Origin: Candidatus Binatia bacterium
GTDB taxonomy: Bacteria > Desulfobacterota > Binatia > Bin18
NCBI GenBank assembly: GCA_022824615.1
Contig: JAJDZM010000225.1
Span: 1 to 59,474, forward strand
Reading direction: 5' to 3'
DNA: 59,474 nt
Shown: positions 37,959 to 46,929 of the stretch, piece after piece
How positions within the stretch are numbered: the first letter of the stretch is position 1
Layout: each line of letters starts with the position of its first letter
The notes under the pieces: model-generated
Told to the model about the DNA's origin: nothing
Seen by the model: only the letters and a program-made list of their open reading frames with translations
The model's database searches: none
Program-made: the position numbers and the translations under genes

Positions 37959-38525
37959 ATGGAACGCAGACGTATGGTGCAGCTCTTTGAGGCCGCCGAA
38001 CACCTCTGGGGATCGTTCGATGATTTCCCCGCTCTGTCGCCTGGTATCGATCCCATGCCGCATCTCAGTCGGAATACCATTTCGCAACCCTTCTTTCTGG
38101 TTAGCGACCAGGACCAGACCTTGATCAACCTGAGCGGAGAAGGAGAGGTCTGGTTCGGGGGGGAGCGGCCGGAGCAATTCCAGCTTGCGGTCGGGGACAG
38201 TGTCTATATTCCGGCCGGTATTCCCAGTCGAGTCATAACCCACACGCCGAGTGTACAGGTTCGCTTCAAGGCCGAGACAGCAGGCAGAGAAGCCGTCGTG
38301 TGGTACTGCTCCGACTGCCGGGCTGTCGTGCATTGGCGGTCTATTGATACCCAGGCTGAAATCCCCCAGACGGCCTATTGGCAAGCGGTTCAGCAGTTCA
38401 ACACTGACGCTGCGCTCCGCGTGTGCTCCGCCTGTCAGCAAGAACATCCTCGGGTTGAGCTGGGTGATATTGCCTGGCCGGCAGTCGCTCAAGCTATTCA
38501 AAGCAATACGGAAAAGACGGACTGA
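37959..38525 (+). CDS. 3-hydroxyanthranilate dioxygenase-like cupin with Cys4 site (catalytic His ligands apparently absent)
   Basis: [11 protein letters not shown] and WYCSDC...FN.D..LRVCSAC; no His at the cupin ligand positions. Confidence 0.6.
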   Translation: MERRRMVQLFEAAEHLWGSFDDFPALSPGIDPMPHLSRNTISQPFFLVSDQDQTLINLSGEGEVWFGGERPEQFQLAVGDSVYIPAGIPSRVITHTPSVQVRFKAETAGREAVVWYCSDCRAVVHWRSIDTQAEIPQTAYWQAVQQFNTDAALRVCSACQQEHPRVELGDIAWPAVAQAIQSNTEKTD

Positions 38526-38550
38526 AAACAGGAGCGTCCAGGAGAGCCAG

Positions 38551-40005
38551 ATGAGTCACACACAACTGCTTAATTTTGTGGACGGCGAGTGGTGTCATTC
38601 GAGCGCAACGGAGTCGCTGACCATTCCGAATCCGGCGACCGCACAGGAAATCGCCCTCCTGCCCGTCTCTCCAGCTCCTGACGTCGACGCCACAGTCCGG
38701 GCGGCAAGCCGTGCTTTTCCCGAGTGGCGGCGCACCCCGGCGGGTGAGCGGATACAGTATTTGTTCACATTCAAGACGCTGCTGGAGGAGCACCTCGACA
38801 ACCTCGCCCAGACCGTGACCAACGAATGCGGCAAGACCTATACCGAAGCGACCGGAGAAATGCGGCGCGGCATTGAGAATGTCGAGGTGGCCTGTGGCAT
38901 CCCCAGTCTGCTCCAAGGTTTGTATAGCGAGGATATTGCGCGCGGTATTGATGAGACCATGATCCGGCAGCCGGTCGGCGTGGTGGCGGCGATTACGCCG
39001 TTTAATTTTCCGGGCATGATTCCGCTGTGGTTTCTGCCCTATGCTATTGCGTGCGGGAACACGTTTATCCTCAAGCCGTCGGACAAAACGCCCCTCACCG
39101 CCCAAAAGATCTTTGCCCTGTTGGAGCAAACCGGCCTACCCAAAGGCGTGGCCAATCTGGTCAACGGCGCAAAAGAAACCGTAGACGCATTGGTTGACCA
39201 TCCTGAGGTGCGGGCCATCAGTCTGGTCGGTTCCACGCCGGTTGCCAGGGCGGTGTACGCCCGCGCCACCGCAAACGGCAAGCGCGCGCAATGCCAGGGC
39301 GGGGCGAAAAATCCGATTATCGTGCTGCCTGACGCCGATATTGAAGAGGTGGCCCAGGTCGCGGCTGAGTCGGCCTTTGGCTGTGCCGGTCAACGCTGTC
39401 TGGCGGCCTCGTTGGCCATCACGGTGGGTGACGCGGAACAACCATTTGTTGAGGCCATGGCCGACATCGCAACACGGCGAAACGTCGGTTACGGGCTGGA
39501 CGCCGGAGTGGAAATGGGGCCGGTGATCCGAGCCGAGAGTAAAGCGCGCATTGAACAGCTTATCCAAACCGGTCTCGACGACGGGGCACAGGCCCTCGTT
39601 GACGGCCGCCAGGCCCAGGTCGCCACATATGAACAGGGCTATTTTGTCAAGCCAACTATCCTCACTGAGGTGCAGCCGAGGAGCCAGATCGCGACCACTG
39701 AGATATTTGGACCAGTCCTGAGCGTGATGCCGGCAAAAGATGTTGACGACGCGCTCAGCTTGGTGAACGGCCAGCACTACGGCAATATGGCCTGTCTCTT
39801 TACCCGGAGTGGGGCGGCGGCCCGAAAATTTCGATACGAAGCTCAGGTGGGCAACCTGGGGATTAACGTCGGCGTTGCCGCGCCCATGGCTTTCTTTCCG
39901 TTTAGCGGCTGGAAAGACAGCTTTTTTGGTGATCTGCATGGCCAGGGGCGCGACGCCATTGATTTTTATACGGAAAAGAAGGTGGTCGTAGAGCGCTGGG
40001 GATGA
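38551..40005 (+). CDS. mmsA: CoA-acylating (methyl)malonate-semialdehyde dehydrogenase
   Basis: [11 protein letters not shown] (no catalytic Glu), [15 protein letters not shown] and [11 protein letters not shown] motifs; start at ATG 38551. Confidence 0.88.
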   Translation: MSHTQLLNFVDGEWCHSSATESLTIPNPATAQEIALLPVSPAPDVDATVRAASRAFPEWRRTPAGERIQYLFTFKTLLEEHLDNLAQTVTNECGKTYTEATGEMRRGIENVEVACGIPSLLQGLYSEDIARGIDETMIRQPVGVVAAITPFNFPGMIPLWFLPYAIACGNTFILKPSDKTPLTAQKIFALLEQTGLPKGVANLVNGAKETVDALVDHPEVRAISLVGSTPVARAVYARATANGKRAQCQGGAKNPIIVLPDADIEEVAQVAAESAFGCAGQRCLAASLAITVGDAEQPFVEAMADIATRRNVGYGLDAGVEMGPVIRAESKARIEQLIQTGLDDGAQALVDGRQAQVATYEQGYFVKPTILTEVQPRSQIATTEIFGPVLSVMPAKDVDDALSLVNGQHYGNMACLFTRSGAAARKFRYEAQVGNLGINVGVAAPMAFFPFSGWKDSFFGDLHGQGRDAIDFYTEKKVVVERWG

Positions 40006-40106
40006 GCAGGAGAAGGTGATCGTGGAGTGCGTGCCTCTTGCAGCAGAACCCCGTGTCTTCTTCCCCATCCCTGAACATGATACGTCTTGTGCAATGACAT
40101 TGGAGA

Positions 40107-40571
40107 ATGACCATGTTTCCTCGTGCTGATCTTGCTCTCTACAATCGTGATGGACAGCTCATTGCTGTTGTCGAAGTGAAGAACAAGTTAGGAACATCAG
40201 CCCTTTGGGCCGCTCAGTTGCGCCGTAATATTCTTGCCCACGGAGGTCTTCAGAACGCGCCCTATTTCCTTCTTATGACACCGGATCGAATATACCTCTG
40301 GAAGGATGCTGGGACCGACCCTGTCTCTGTCTTTCCAACCTATGAAAGGGTAGCTCAAGACATCTTTTCATCCTATTTTGATAGATCGGCTATAGAGCCG
40401 AGTGAGGTAAGTAGTGCCGCGTTTGAGCTTATTGTGACAGCATGGCTAGGGAATCTTGTCAGGACGGCAGACAAGCCGGAGGATTTGACGAGTGAAGTCT
40501 CCTGGCTTGTTGAGTCCGGATTGCTCGGTGCACTTCAAGACGGGCGTCTTGAGTACGAAGTTGCCGCGTGA
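40107..40571 (+). CDS. Hypothetical protein with N-terminal PD-(D/E)XK-like motif
   Basis: ADLALYNRDGQLIAVVEVK; GTGA overlap with the next gene. Confidence 0.6.
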   Translation: MTMFPRADLALYNRDGQLIAVVEVKNKLGTSALWAAQLRRNILAHGGLQNAPYFLLMTPDRIYLWKDAGTDPVSVFPTYERVAQDIFSSYFDRSAIEPSEVSSAAFELIVTAWLGNLVRTADKPEDLTSEVSWLVESGLLGALQDGRLEYEVAA

Positions 40572-41185
40572 ATATCTACGTTGAAACGAATTTCGTTCTT
40601 GAATTGGCTTTGGAGCAGGAGCAACGTGAAAACTGTGAGCAGATCCTTTCTCTGTGCGAGAAGGGCAAGGCTCAACTCATCATTCCTGCCTACTCTTTTG
40701 CTGAGCCTTCCGAGACGCTTACGCGGCATCACGGGGAACGAGAGCGGTTGAAAATAGCTCTTGACCGGGAATTGCAGCAACTCGCGCGTACCGAATTATA
40801 TAGGAGTCGGCTGAGTGATCTACAGAGTTTGACAACTCTCCTCATAGACAGTGCGGACGATGAAGCAAAACGATTTGACGCCACTCGCTCTCGGCTTCTC
40901 AAAATTTCCGAAATCATCCCCCTCACCGCGCAGATTTTGGGCGAAGTGGCTCGTAATCAAAAGGTACACGACCTCTCTCCTCAGGACGCTCTGGTCTATA
41001 CGTCCGTCCTCCAACATCTCAAGCAAGGTGTTTCAGCCCAGGGGTGTTTCTTAAACAAAGATAGAGATTTTAATGATCCGGATATTGTTGAAGAACTGAG
41101 CACGTATAATTGTAAGTTGTTCCCTCGATTCGATAGCGGCTATCAATTTATCCTGCACGCGATTTCTCAAGCTTCGCCTCTCTGA
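40568..41185 (+). CDS. PIN domain protein
   Basis: IYVETNFV, SFAE, DALVY and NKDRDF acidic motifs. Confidence 0.75.
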   Translation: MNIYVETNFVLELALEQEQRENCEQILSLCEKGKAQLIIPAYSFAEPSETLTRHHGERERLKIALDRELQQLARTELYRSRLSDLQSLTTLLIDSADDEAKRFDATRSRLLKISEIIPLTAQILGEVARNQKVHDLSPQDALVYTSVLQHLKQGVSAQGCFLNKDRDFNDPDIVEELSTYNCKLFPRFDSGYQFILHAISQASPL

Positions 41186-41212
41186 CCCTGAAAGGAAGTC
41201 CAAGGAGGTCCC

Positions 41213-42976
41213 ATGTCAATCGACAGTCTGTCTGACGCTGGAACCGAAACACGAACCGTAGCCGCCCATCGACCGACCATCCGGGGTACCCGCCACATGG
41301 TCGTGGCCGGGCACTATTTGGCGGCGCACGCCGGCTTTCACATTCTTGAAGCCGGCGGCAACGCGGTTGACGCGGGTGTTGCTGCCGGTATCGCCCTGGG
41401 TGTCTTGCAGAGCGATCTGGTGAATGTGGCCGGGGTGGCTCCCATCATCCTGTATCTGGCCGACCGGCGTGAGGTGATAACGATCAGCGGTCTGGGTCAC
41501 TGGCCGCAGGCCGCCTCGGTGGAGATGTTTCAGAAAAAGCACGCCGGCCATATTCCGACGGGGATTCTCCGCACCGTTGTGCCCAGCGCGCCCGACGCCT
41601 GGATTACCGCGCTGGAGCAGTACGGAACCATGAGCTTTGGTGAGGTCGCGGCAGCCGCAATCCGTTTTGCGCGAGACGGGTTTCCCATCCATGCTTTTAC
41701 GGCGGGCATCATCAAGGCGAATGCCGACAAGTATCGACGCTGGCCCTCGAACGCGGCCATCTATCTACCTGGCGGTCAGGCTCCCCAGCCGGGCGACATC
41801 TTCAAACAAACCGACCTGGCCGGCACCTTGCAGTATATAGCCGACGAAGAGGCGCACGCCCGGAGCCAGGGACGAAAGGCCGGTCTCCAGGCGGCCCGGG
41901 CGGCTTTTTATCAAGGCGATATTGCCGCGGCGATTGTCAAGTTTCACGCGGAGAATGACGGGCTACTGACCGCCAAAGACCTGGCCGAATTTCGGGTCGC
42001 CGTAGAATCCCCAACGCGGACGGCATTCCAGGACCTTGAAGTCTACGCCTGTGGCCCGTGGTGTCAGGGGCCGGTCTTGCAGCAAGCGCTGAATCTCCTG
42101 GAAGGCTACGATCTTGCGGCCCAAGGCCACAATTCGCCCCAGTATATTCACACGGTGACCGAAGCGCTCAAACTGGCGTTTGCCGACCGGGACCGCTACT
42201 ACGGCGACCCGCGCTTCGTTGAGGTGCCCATCGAAGCACTGTTGTCCAAGGACTATGCCGAGCAGCGCCGTTCCCTGATTCGGGAGAATGAAGCCTGGCC
42301 CGAGATGCCACCGGCCGGCGACCCCCGGCGCTGCCGGGCGGCGGTTGACGCCGGGCTCGGTCCGGCGCCGAACGAAACGGCCCAGCCCGGCCTGGACACC
42401 TCGTATGTCTGCGTCATAGACCGGCATGGCAATGCTTTCTCCGCCACGCCGAGCGATACCTCATCTGATATGCCGGTCGTGCCTGGTACGGGTCTGTGTC
42501 CGTCCTCACGCGGTTCGCAGTCCTGGGCCGATCCGCATCATGCTTCCTGTGTCGCCCCTGGCAAACGACCTCGCCTGACCCCCAACCCGGCGTTAGTTCT
42601 GCGTGACGGACGCCCCTTTCTGGTACTGGGCTCTCCCGGTGGTGATGTCCAGCCCCAGGCCATGTTGCAGACCCTGCTCAACAGTGCGGTTTTTGGCATG
42701 GAGGCCCAGGAAGCGGTCGAAGCGCCACGCTTTGCCAGCTACAGCTTCCCGGATTCCTTTGAACCGCACGCCTACCATCCTGGTCGGCTGAATATCGAGA
42801 GCCGTATCGTTGAGGAGACCGGAGCGTCGTTGTCCGAGCGTGGGCACCAGGTGCACTGGTGGCCGGACTGGGTGTGGCGAGCCGGTGCCGTGTGCTGCAT
42901 TCACGTCGAGCCAACAACCGGTGTGCTGGCCGGTGGCGCCGACCCACGCCGTGCGTCGTATGCCGTAGGCTGGTAA
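41213..42976 (+). CDS. ggt: Gamma-glutamyltransferase family protein
   Basis: GGNAVDA, LAFADRDRYYGDP, DTS (nucleophile Thr), PGKRP, GSPGG and ADPRR motifs. Confidence 0.9.
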   Translation: MSIDSLSDAGTETRTVAAHRPTIRGTRHMVVAGHYLAAHAGFHILEAGGNAVDAGVAAGIALGVLQSDLVNVAGVAPIILYLADRREVITISGLGHWPQAASVEMFQKKHAGHIPTGILRTVVPSAPDAWITALEQYGTMSFGEVAAAAIRFARDGFPIHAFTAGIIKANADKYRRWPSNAAIYLPGGQAPQPGDIFKQTDLAGTLQYIADEEAHARSQGRKAGLQAARAAFYQGDIAAAIVKFHAENDGLLTAKDLAEFRVAVESPTRTAFQDLEVYACGPWCQGPVLQQALNLLEGYDLAAQGHNSPQYIHTVTEALKLAFADRDRYYGDPRFVEVPIEALLSKDYAEQRRSLIRENEAWPEMPPAGDPRRCRAAVDAGLGPAPNETAQPGLDTSYVCVIDRHGNAFSATPSDTSSDMPVVPGTGLCPSSRGSQSWADPHHASCVAPGKRPRLTPNPALVLRDGRPFLVLGSPGGDVQPQAMLQTLLNSAVFGMEAQEAVEAPRFASYSFPDSFEPHAYHPGRLNIESRIVEETGASLSERGHQVHWWPDWVWRAGAVCCIHVEPTTGVLAGGADPRRASYAVGW

Positions 42977-43006
42977 CAGGGGTCTTACTGTAAAGGAGGG
43001 AAGACA

Positions 43007-44473
43007 ATGGCATCCACCCAAGAATATCTGGTGAGCTGTGGCACGACAAAGACGCCCGCCCATCTACCGGTTGACCGAACCCGTATCCCGCCCGGACCGC
43101 CACCCTCTCTCGCTCCTTTGCCCGACGCGGCAGCCGCCTTTCGTACCGCGGTCACGCAGCCGGTTGGCATGCCGGCCCTGGAGAAGCTGGTCAAACCTGG
43201 AGCAAAAGTCACCATCGGCATTCAGGACGGCCGGGCCACGCACTACCATCCCGACGACCAGGATTTGCGCATTCTCGGGCTGCCCATCTTACTCGATCTA
43301 CTGAACCAGTACGGGGTCAAACCCGAAGACATCCAGATTAAAGTTGCCAACGCGCTCCACCGCATGTGGACCCGTAAGGAGATGACCCACATCCTGGGCC
43401 CGAAATTGCCCTACACGCTGGGGGGCCGCCTGGCCTGTATTGATGCGACCGACCCGGACCAGTTTGTCAATCTGGGTATGACCCGGCGGGGTATGGAAGT
43501 CATGGTTCATCGCTCGGTCGTTGAGTCCGATCTGTTCATCTTTATGTCCGTGCCGGGCGGATTCTTCCAGGGGGGCTGGAAGTCCATTCTGGTGGGGATG
43601 AGTAATTGGGAGTCCATCCGCTATCATCACCGCCCCTGGCCGTTTGCCTCGGGGCACTCGGTCCAGGACCCCAAAAACAGCTCCTTCCACAAGCTGCTGA
43701 ATGAGATGGGAGCTCTGGTGGACGCCGAGCTGGAGCATCGCAGCCACCCGCCCATCATGAAGATAGAGGGCGTCCTGACCACGAGTAGCCCGCAGCGTTT
43801 TGCGGCCATCGACGCCGGGCTGATCGCTCCGGTACGGGAGATGCACATCGATATGCTACTCTCCCAGCTTGTCACCGACGTGGAAGGGCAGACGGATGTG
43901 CTGCTGCTGGGGATGGCGGATGGGGACGGCTACTCACGGCTATCAGTCTTTAATCCCATTCACTGTCGCAACAAGGCCTTATCCGGGTTGTTCAACGCCT
44001 ATCACGAGAATCCCCTGGTCCGAAAAGGCGGGATTCTCATCGTCGCCAATCCCTTCGACCCCAAGTTCAGTTTGCTCAACCACCCCTCGTATCACACCCT
44101 CTACCACGAGGTGTTGCCAGCCGTGCAGGACCCGATCGAGGTATGGGATACATACTCTGAAGAGTACGCCTACCGCCCGGAGTTTGTTCACAAGTATCGC
44201 AACGGTTTTGCGTTCCACGGGGCACACCCGTGTATTCTATACGGGCAGGGCTTGTATGCGCTCAACCATCTGGGCGGTGTCCTGGCTGCGGGCGTGCCCA
44301 AAGAAAACGAAGCGGTCGCTCGGCGGATGGGCTTTGAGCCGTTCCCGACCATTGAGACCGCGCTCAGCGAGGCCGAGGCGCGACTCGGCAAAGACTGCAC
44401 GATCACCTATCACCAACACCTGGAGGAACACGGCTATTTCACGCGAGTGCATGTGAACGGTAATACCGCCTAG
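43007..44473 (+). CDS. Lactate racemase (LarA/DUF2088) domain protein
   Basis: PVGMPALEKLV...VTIGIQDGR, VANALHR and GGWKS motifs. Confidence 0.75.
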   Translation: MASTQEYLVSCGTTKTPAHLPVDRTRIPPGPPPSLAPLPDAAAAFRTAVTQPVGMPALEKLVKPGAKVTIGIQDGRATHYHPDDQDLRILGLPILLDLLNQYGVKPEDIQIKVANALHRMWTRKEMTHILGPKLPYTLGGRLACIDATDPDQFVNLGMTRRGMEVMVHRSVVESDLFIFMSVPGGFFQGGWKSILVGMSNWESIRYHHRPWPFASGHSVQDPKNSSFHKLLNEMGALVDAELEHRSHPPIMKIEGVLTTSSPQRFAAIDAGLIAPVREMHIDMLLSQLVTDVEGQTDVLLLGMADGDGYSRLSVFNPIHCRNKALSGLFNAYHENPLVRKGGILIVANPFDPKFSLLNHPSYHTLYHEVLPAVQDPIEVWDTYSEEYAYRPEFVHKYRNGFAFHGAHPCILYGQGLYALNHLGGVLAAGVPKENEAVARRMGFEPFPTIETALSEAEARLGKDCTITYHQHLEEHGYFTRVHVNGNTA

Positions 44474-44521
44474 TTCAGAAGCGTGCTGTGCTCTACGATG
44501 CTTTTGTCGGAGGTCGGCCCG

Positions 44522-45181
44522 ATGAATGAACCTCAGCCTCATAAGGACTATGCGACGCTTGAAGACCTGACGTATACGTCGGGCAAGGCGGAATTGGTGG
44601 ATGGAAGGATTGTATCGATGGCACCGCCTGGCGGCGCTCCGGGCTACGCTGGTGATGAGATATTCGTTTCCCTGCGTGCCTATGCGCGACGGGTTCAGAG
44701 AGGGATTGCGGTTGGAGATAACAAAGGCTTTCGCGTCAATCTGCCGCACCGCCAGTCCTTCAGCCCGGACGCGGCCTATTATACCGGTCCTAATCCCGGG
44801 ATGAATTTTTATGCCGGTGCTCCTGTATTTGCTGCCGAGATGAGAAGCGAGGGCAATTATGGAGCAGAGGCCGAGTTGGCACAAAAACGGGCAGACTATT
44901 TTGCGGCCGGGACGCAGGGCGTATGGGATGTCGATTTGCTCAGCGATGCGGTTGTCAGAGTCTATCGAGCAAGTGATCCTGACCACCCTACCGTCTATCG
45001 GCGCGGTGAGGAGGCTGAAGCCGAACCGGCAGTGCCCGGCTGGTCCATGCCGGTCGCTGAGTTGTTTTTCGACTGTTCAGTCCAGCTCTATCCCGTACAG
45101 CTTTGCGGCATTGTCGTACACAATTTTGTGCGTGATATGGGCCGGGACGTTGGCAAAGTCTCGTTCAATGACTTTACGTGA
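44522..45181 (+). CDS. Uma2 family protein with an extended C-terminus
   Basis: KAELVDG, FSPDAA, PVFAAE, KRADYFAAGT..VWDVD and EPAVPGW motifs; GGAGG RBS. Confidence 0.8.
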   Translation: MNEPQPHKDYATLEDLTYTSGKAELVDGRIVSMAPPGGAPGYAGDEIFVSLRAYARRVQRGIAVGDNKGFRVNLPHRQSFSPDAAYYTGPNPGMNFYAGAPVFAAEMRSEGNYGAEAELAQKRADYFAAGTQGVWDVDLLSDAVVRVYRASDPDHPTVYRRGEEAEAEPAVPGWSMPVAELFFDCSVQLYPVQLCGIVVHNFVRDMGRDVGKVSFNDFT

Positions 45182-46210
45182 ATGCGGCCAGGTGGTGTCC
45201 GTGTGCGGAAAATCGGACGCCCACATGCAGTTATCCTCGCCAAAGACCACGGCGTTTGCAGCCCCGATCGGGTCGTCCTGAAAGGTCGCCCAGACCTGGT
45301 GGCGGACGTATTCGCTCGGTTTCATGGGGAGCGGATGTTCCACCATCACCCCAAACTTCTCATAGGTATGGTCCAGGCGCTGGACATAATGGGCCAGCCA
45401 GCCGATGTCACTTTCCGCGGAAACAATTTGGAGTCCGGGAAAACGGGCCAATACCCCGCCAAAGATGAGACTGGTCAGAGATTTTTGAACCTCGTGAATG
45501 AGGTGCACGAACCGTATGGCCGTCTGGTTGACCCAGCCGCTGGAGCCACGGTCCATGACCACGCGGGTGTTATTGTCCCGGCTGGTTACGACGTGCAGGG
45601 AGAGCGGCATATGCAGTTCCTGTGCCGTGGTCCAGAACGGATCGTACACCGGATTATAATACGGCCGGTCTTCGGGCGGAGCACCCCAGATCATGCCGCC
45701 GCTGAGGCCCAATTTTGCCGCACGTTCGAGCTCTTTGACCGCGGCCGGAATATCCTCAAGCGAGATCAGTGCCACGGGATAGAGCCGTTTGGGATCGTGC
45801 GACCGAAACTCTGCCACCCAGTCGTTATAGACCCGAAAACATGCCTGTTGGAGTTCGGCGTCCGCAAGCTGGAACAGGGCCAGACCCAGGGTAGTGTAGA
45901 TCACCTCGGCCCGGACCCCATCGATATCCTGATCTTTAATACGCTCAACCGGATCCCAGCCGCTGGGCCGGGCCGCTTCATAACCGCGGGTGAGATGTTT
46001 TTTGAGCTCTTCGCCACTCCGGCCTGTCGAAAATCCACCCGCCACCGGGAAGGGCGTGATGCCGGGGGCCATGAAAAAATGTCCGGGTTTTTCTTTGTCC
46101 TCGACTACCCGCGGGGCGCGGTCCCGGAACTGTTTATCGAGTCGGCTAGTCCACAGATCGGGCGGCTCTGTCATATGCGAATCAGCAGAAATAACGCGCA
46201 GCGGTTCCAT
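45077..46210 (-). CDS. Amidohydrolase_2 family protein
   Basis: ISADSH, YNDW, PLSLH and WASDFPH motifs. Confidence 0.9.
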   Translation of the reverse strand: MEPLRVISADSHMTEPPDLWTSRLDKQFRDRAPRVVEDKEKPGHFFMAPGITPFPVAGGFSTGRSGEELKKHLTRGYEAARPSGWDPVERIKDQDIDGVRAEVIYTTLGLALFQLADAELQQACFRVYNDWVAEFRSHDPKRLYPVALISLEDIPAAVKELERAAKLGLSGGMIWGAPPEDRPYYNPVYDPFWTTAQELHMPLSLHVVTSRDNNTRVVMDRGSSGWVNQTAIRFVHLIHEVQKSLTSLIFGGVLARFPGLQIVSAESDIGWLAHYVQRLDHTYEKFGVMVEHPLPMKPSEYVRHQVWATFQDDPIGAANAVVFGEDNCMWASDFPHTDTTWPHSRKVIERDFANVPAHITHKIVYDNAAKLYGIELD

Positions 46211-46335
46211 TTCTCCCCCTGTGTCCGGTCATTCGTGGGCGGCAATCCCGTACACTGACCGAGCAACGCCTAGCATTTTCGCCTCTGACGTGTCAAACAA
46301 CACCATGTAAAATGCTGATAACGGGAGGGGCCCCT

Positions 46336-46917
46336 ATGAGTTGTTCGACGGTGATGCGTGGGAAGAGAAGAAGCGTTCTGACGGTGCTGACAGCGGCCAT
46401 CGTGCTGGGCTGGCCTCTGGGCCTGAGCGTTGCCGCAGAGCAGACCAGCCGGTTGCAGGACGAGGCGGATATTCGCAAACTGACTCTCTGTTATGCGCAC
46501 GGAACGGACGCCATCGGACGAGGTGAGGTTGCGGCAGGGAGGGCAATCTACCAGCCGTGCTTTACAAAAGACGCCACCTTCTCGGCGGCCTTTCCGAACG
46601 GACTAGAAGAGAAAAGGACCGGCTCAGACGCTTGGGCGGATTTTGTGGCGTCGGTCTTTCAGGGTGCTGGCTATACGAGTACGCAACATCTGATCGGAAC
46701 CATCAGTATTGAGGTGCAGGATAAGAGCGCCACCATGAGTACCTATCTGCACGCCACCCACGTTCTCCCGAACGGCAGTGTTGATATTGCGAATGGCACC
46801 TATGAAGACAGCGTGGTGAAGACCGCAGAGGGCTGGCGCATTCAAAGCCGCAGGCTCACCCTCATCACCTTTCTCAACCTTGCGCCGACGGCACCGCATC
46901 CGCGGAGTGAAGAGTAG
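46336..46917 (+). CDS. Secreted SnoaL/NTF2-like protein
   Basis: Signal peptide; TQHLIG and GTYED..VKTAEGWRI motifs; GGAGG RBS. Confidence 0.8.
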   Translation: MSCSTVMRGKRRSVLTVLTAAIVLGWPLGLSVAAEQTSRLQDEADIRKLTLCYAHGTDAIGRGEVAAGRAIYQPCFTKDATFSAAFPNGLEEKRTGSDAWADFVASVFQGAGYTSTQHLIGTISIEVQDKSATMSTYLHATHVLPNGSVDIANGTYEDSVVKTAEGWRIQSRRLTLITFLNLAPTAPHPRSEE

Positions 46918-46929
46918 AGATATCTTCGG

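Noticed and set aside
37267-38525. Assigning nbaC / kynurenine pathway
   Set aside because: The proteins are too divergent, the second copy lacks the iron ligands, and no kynU or kynA context is present.
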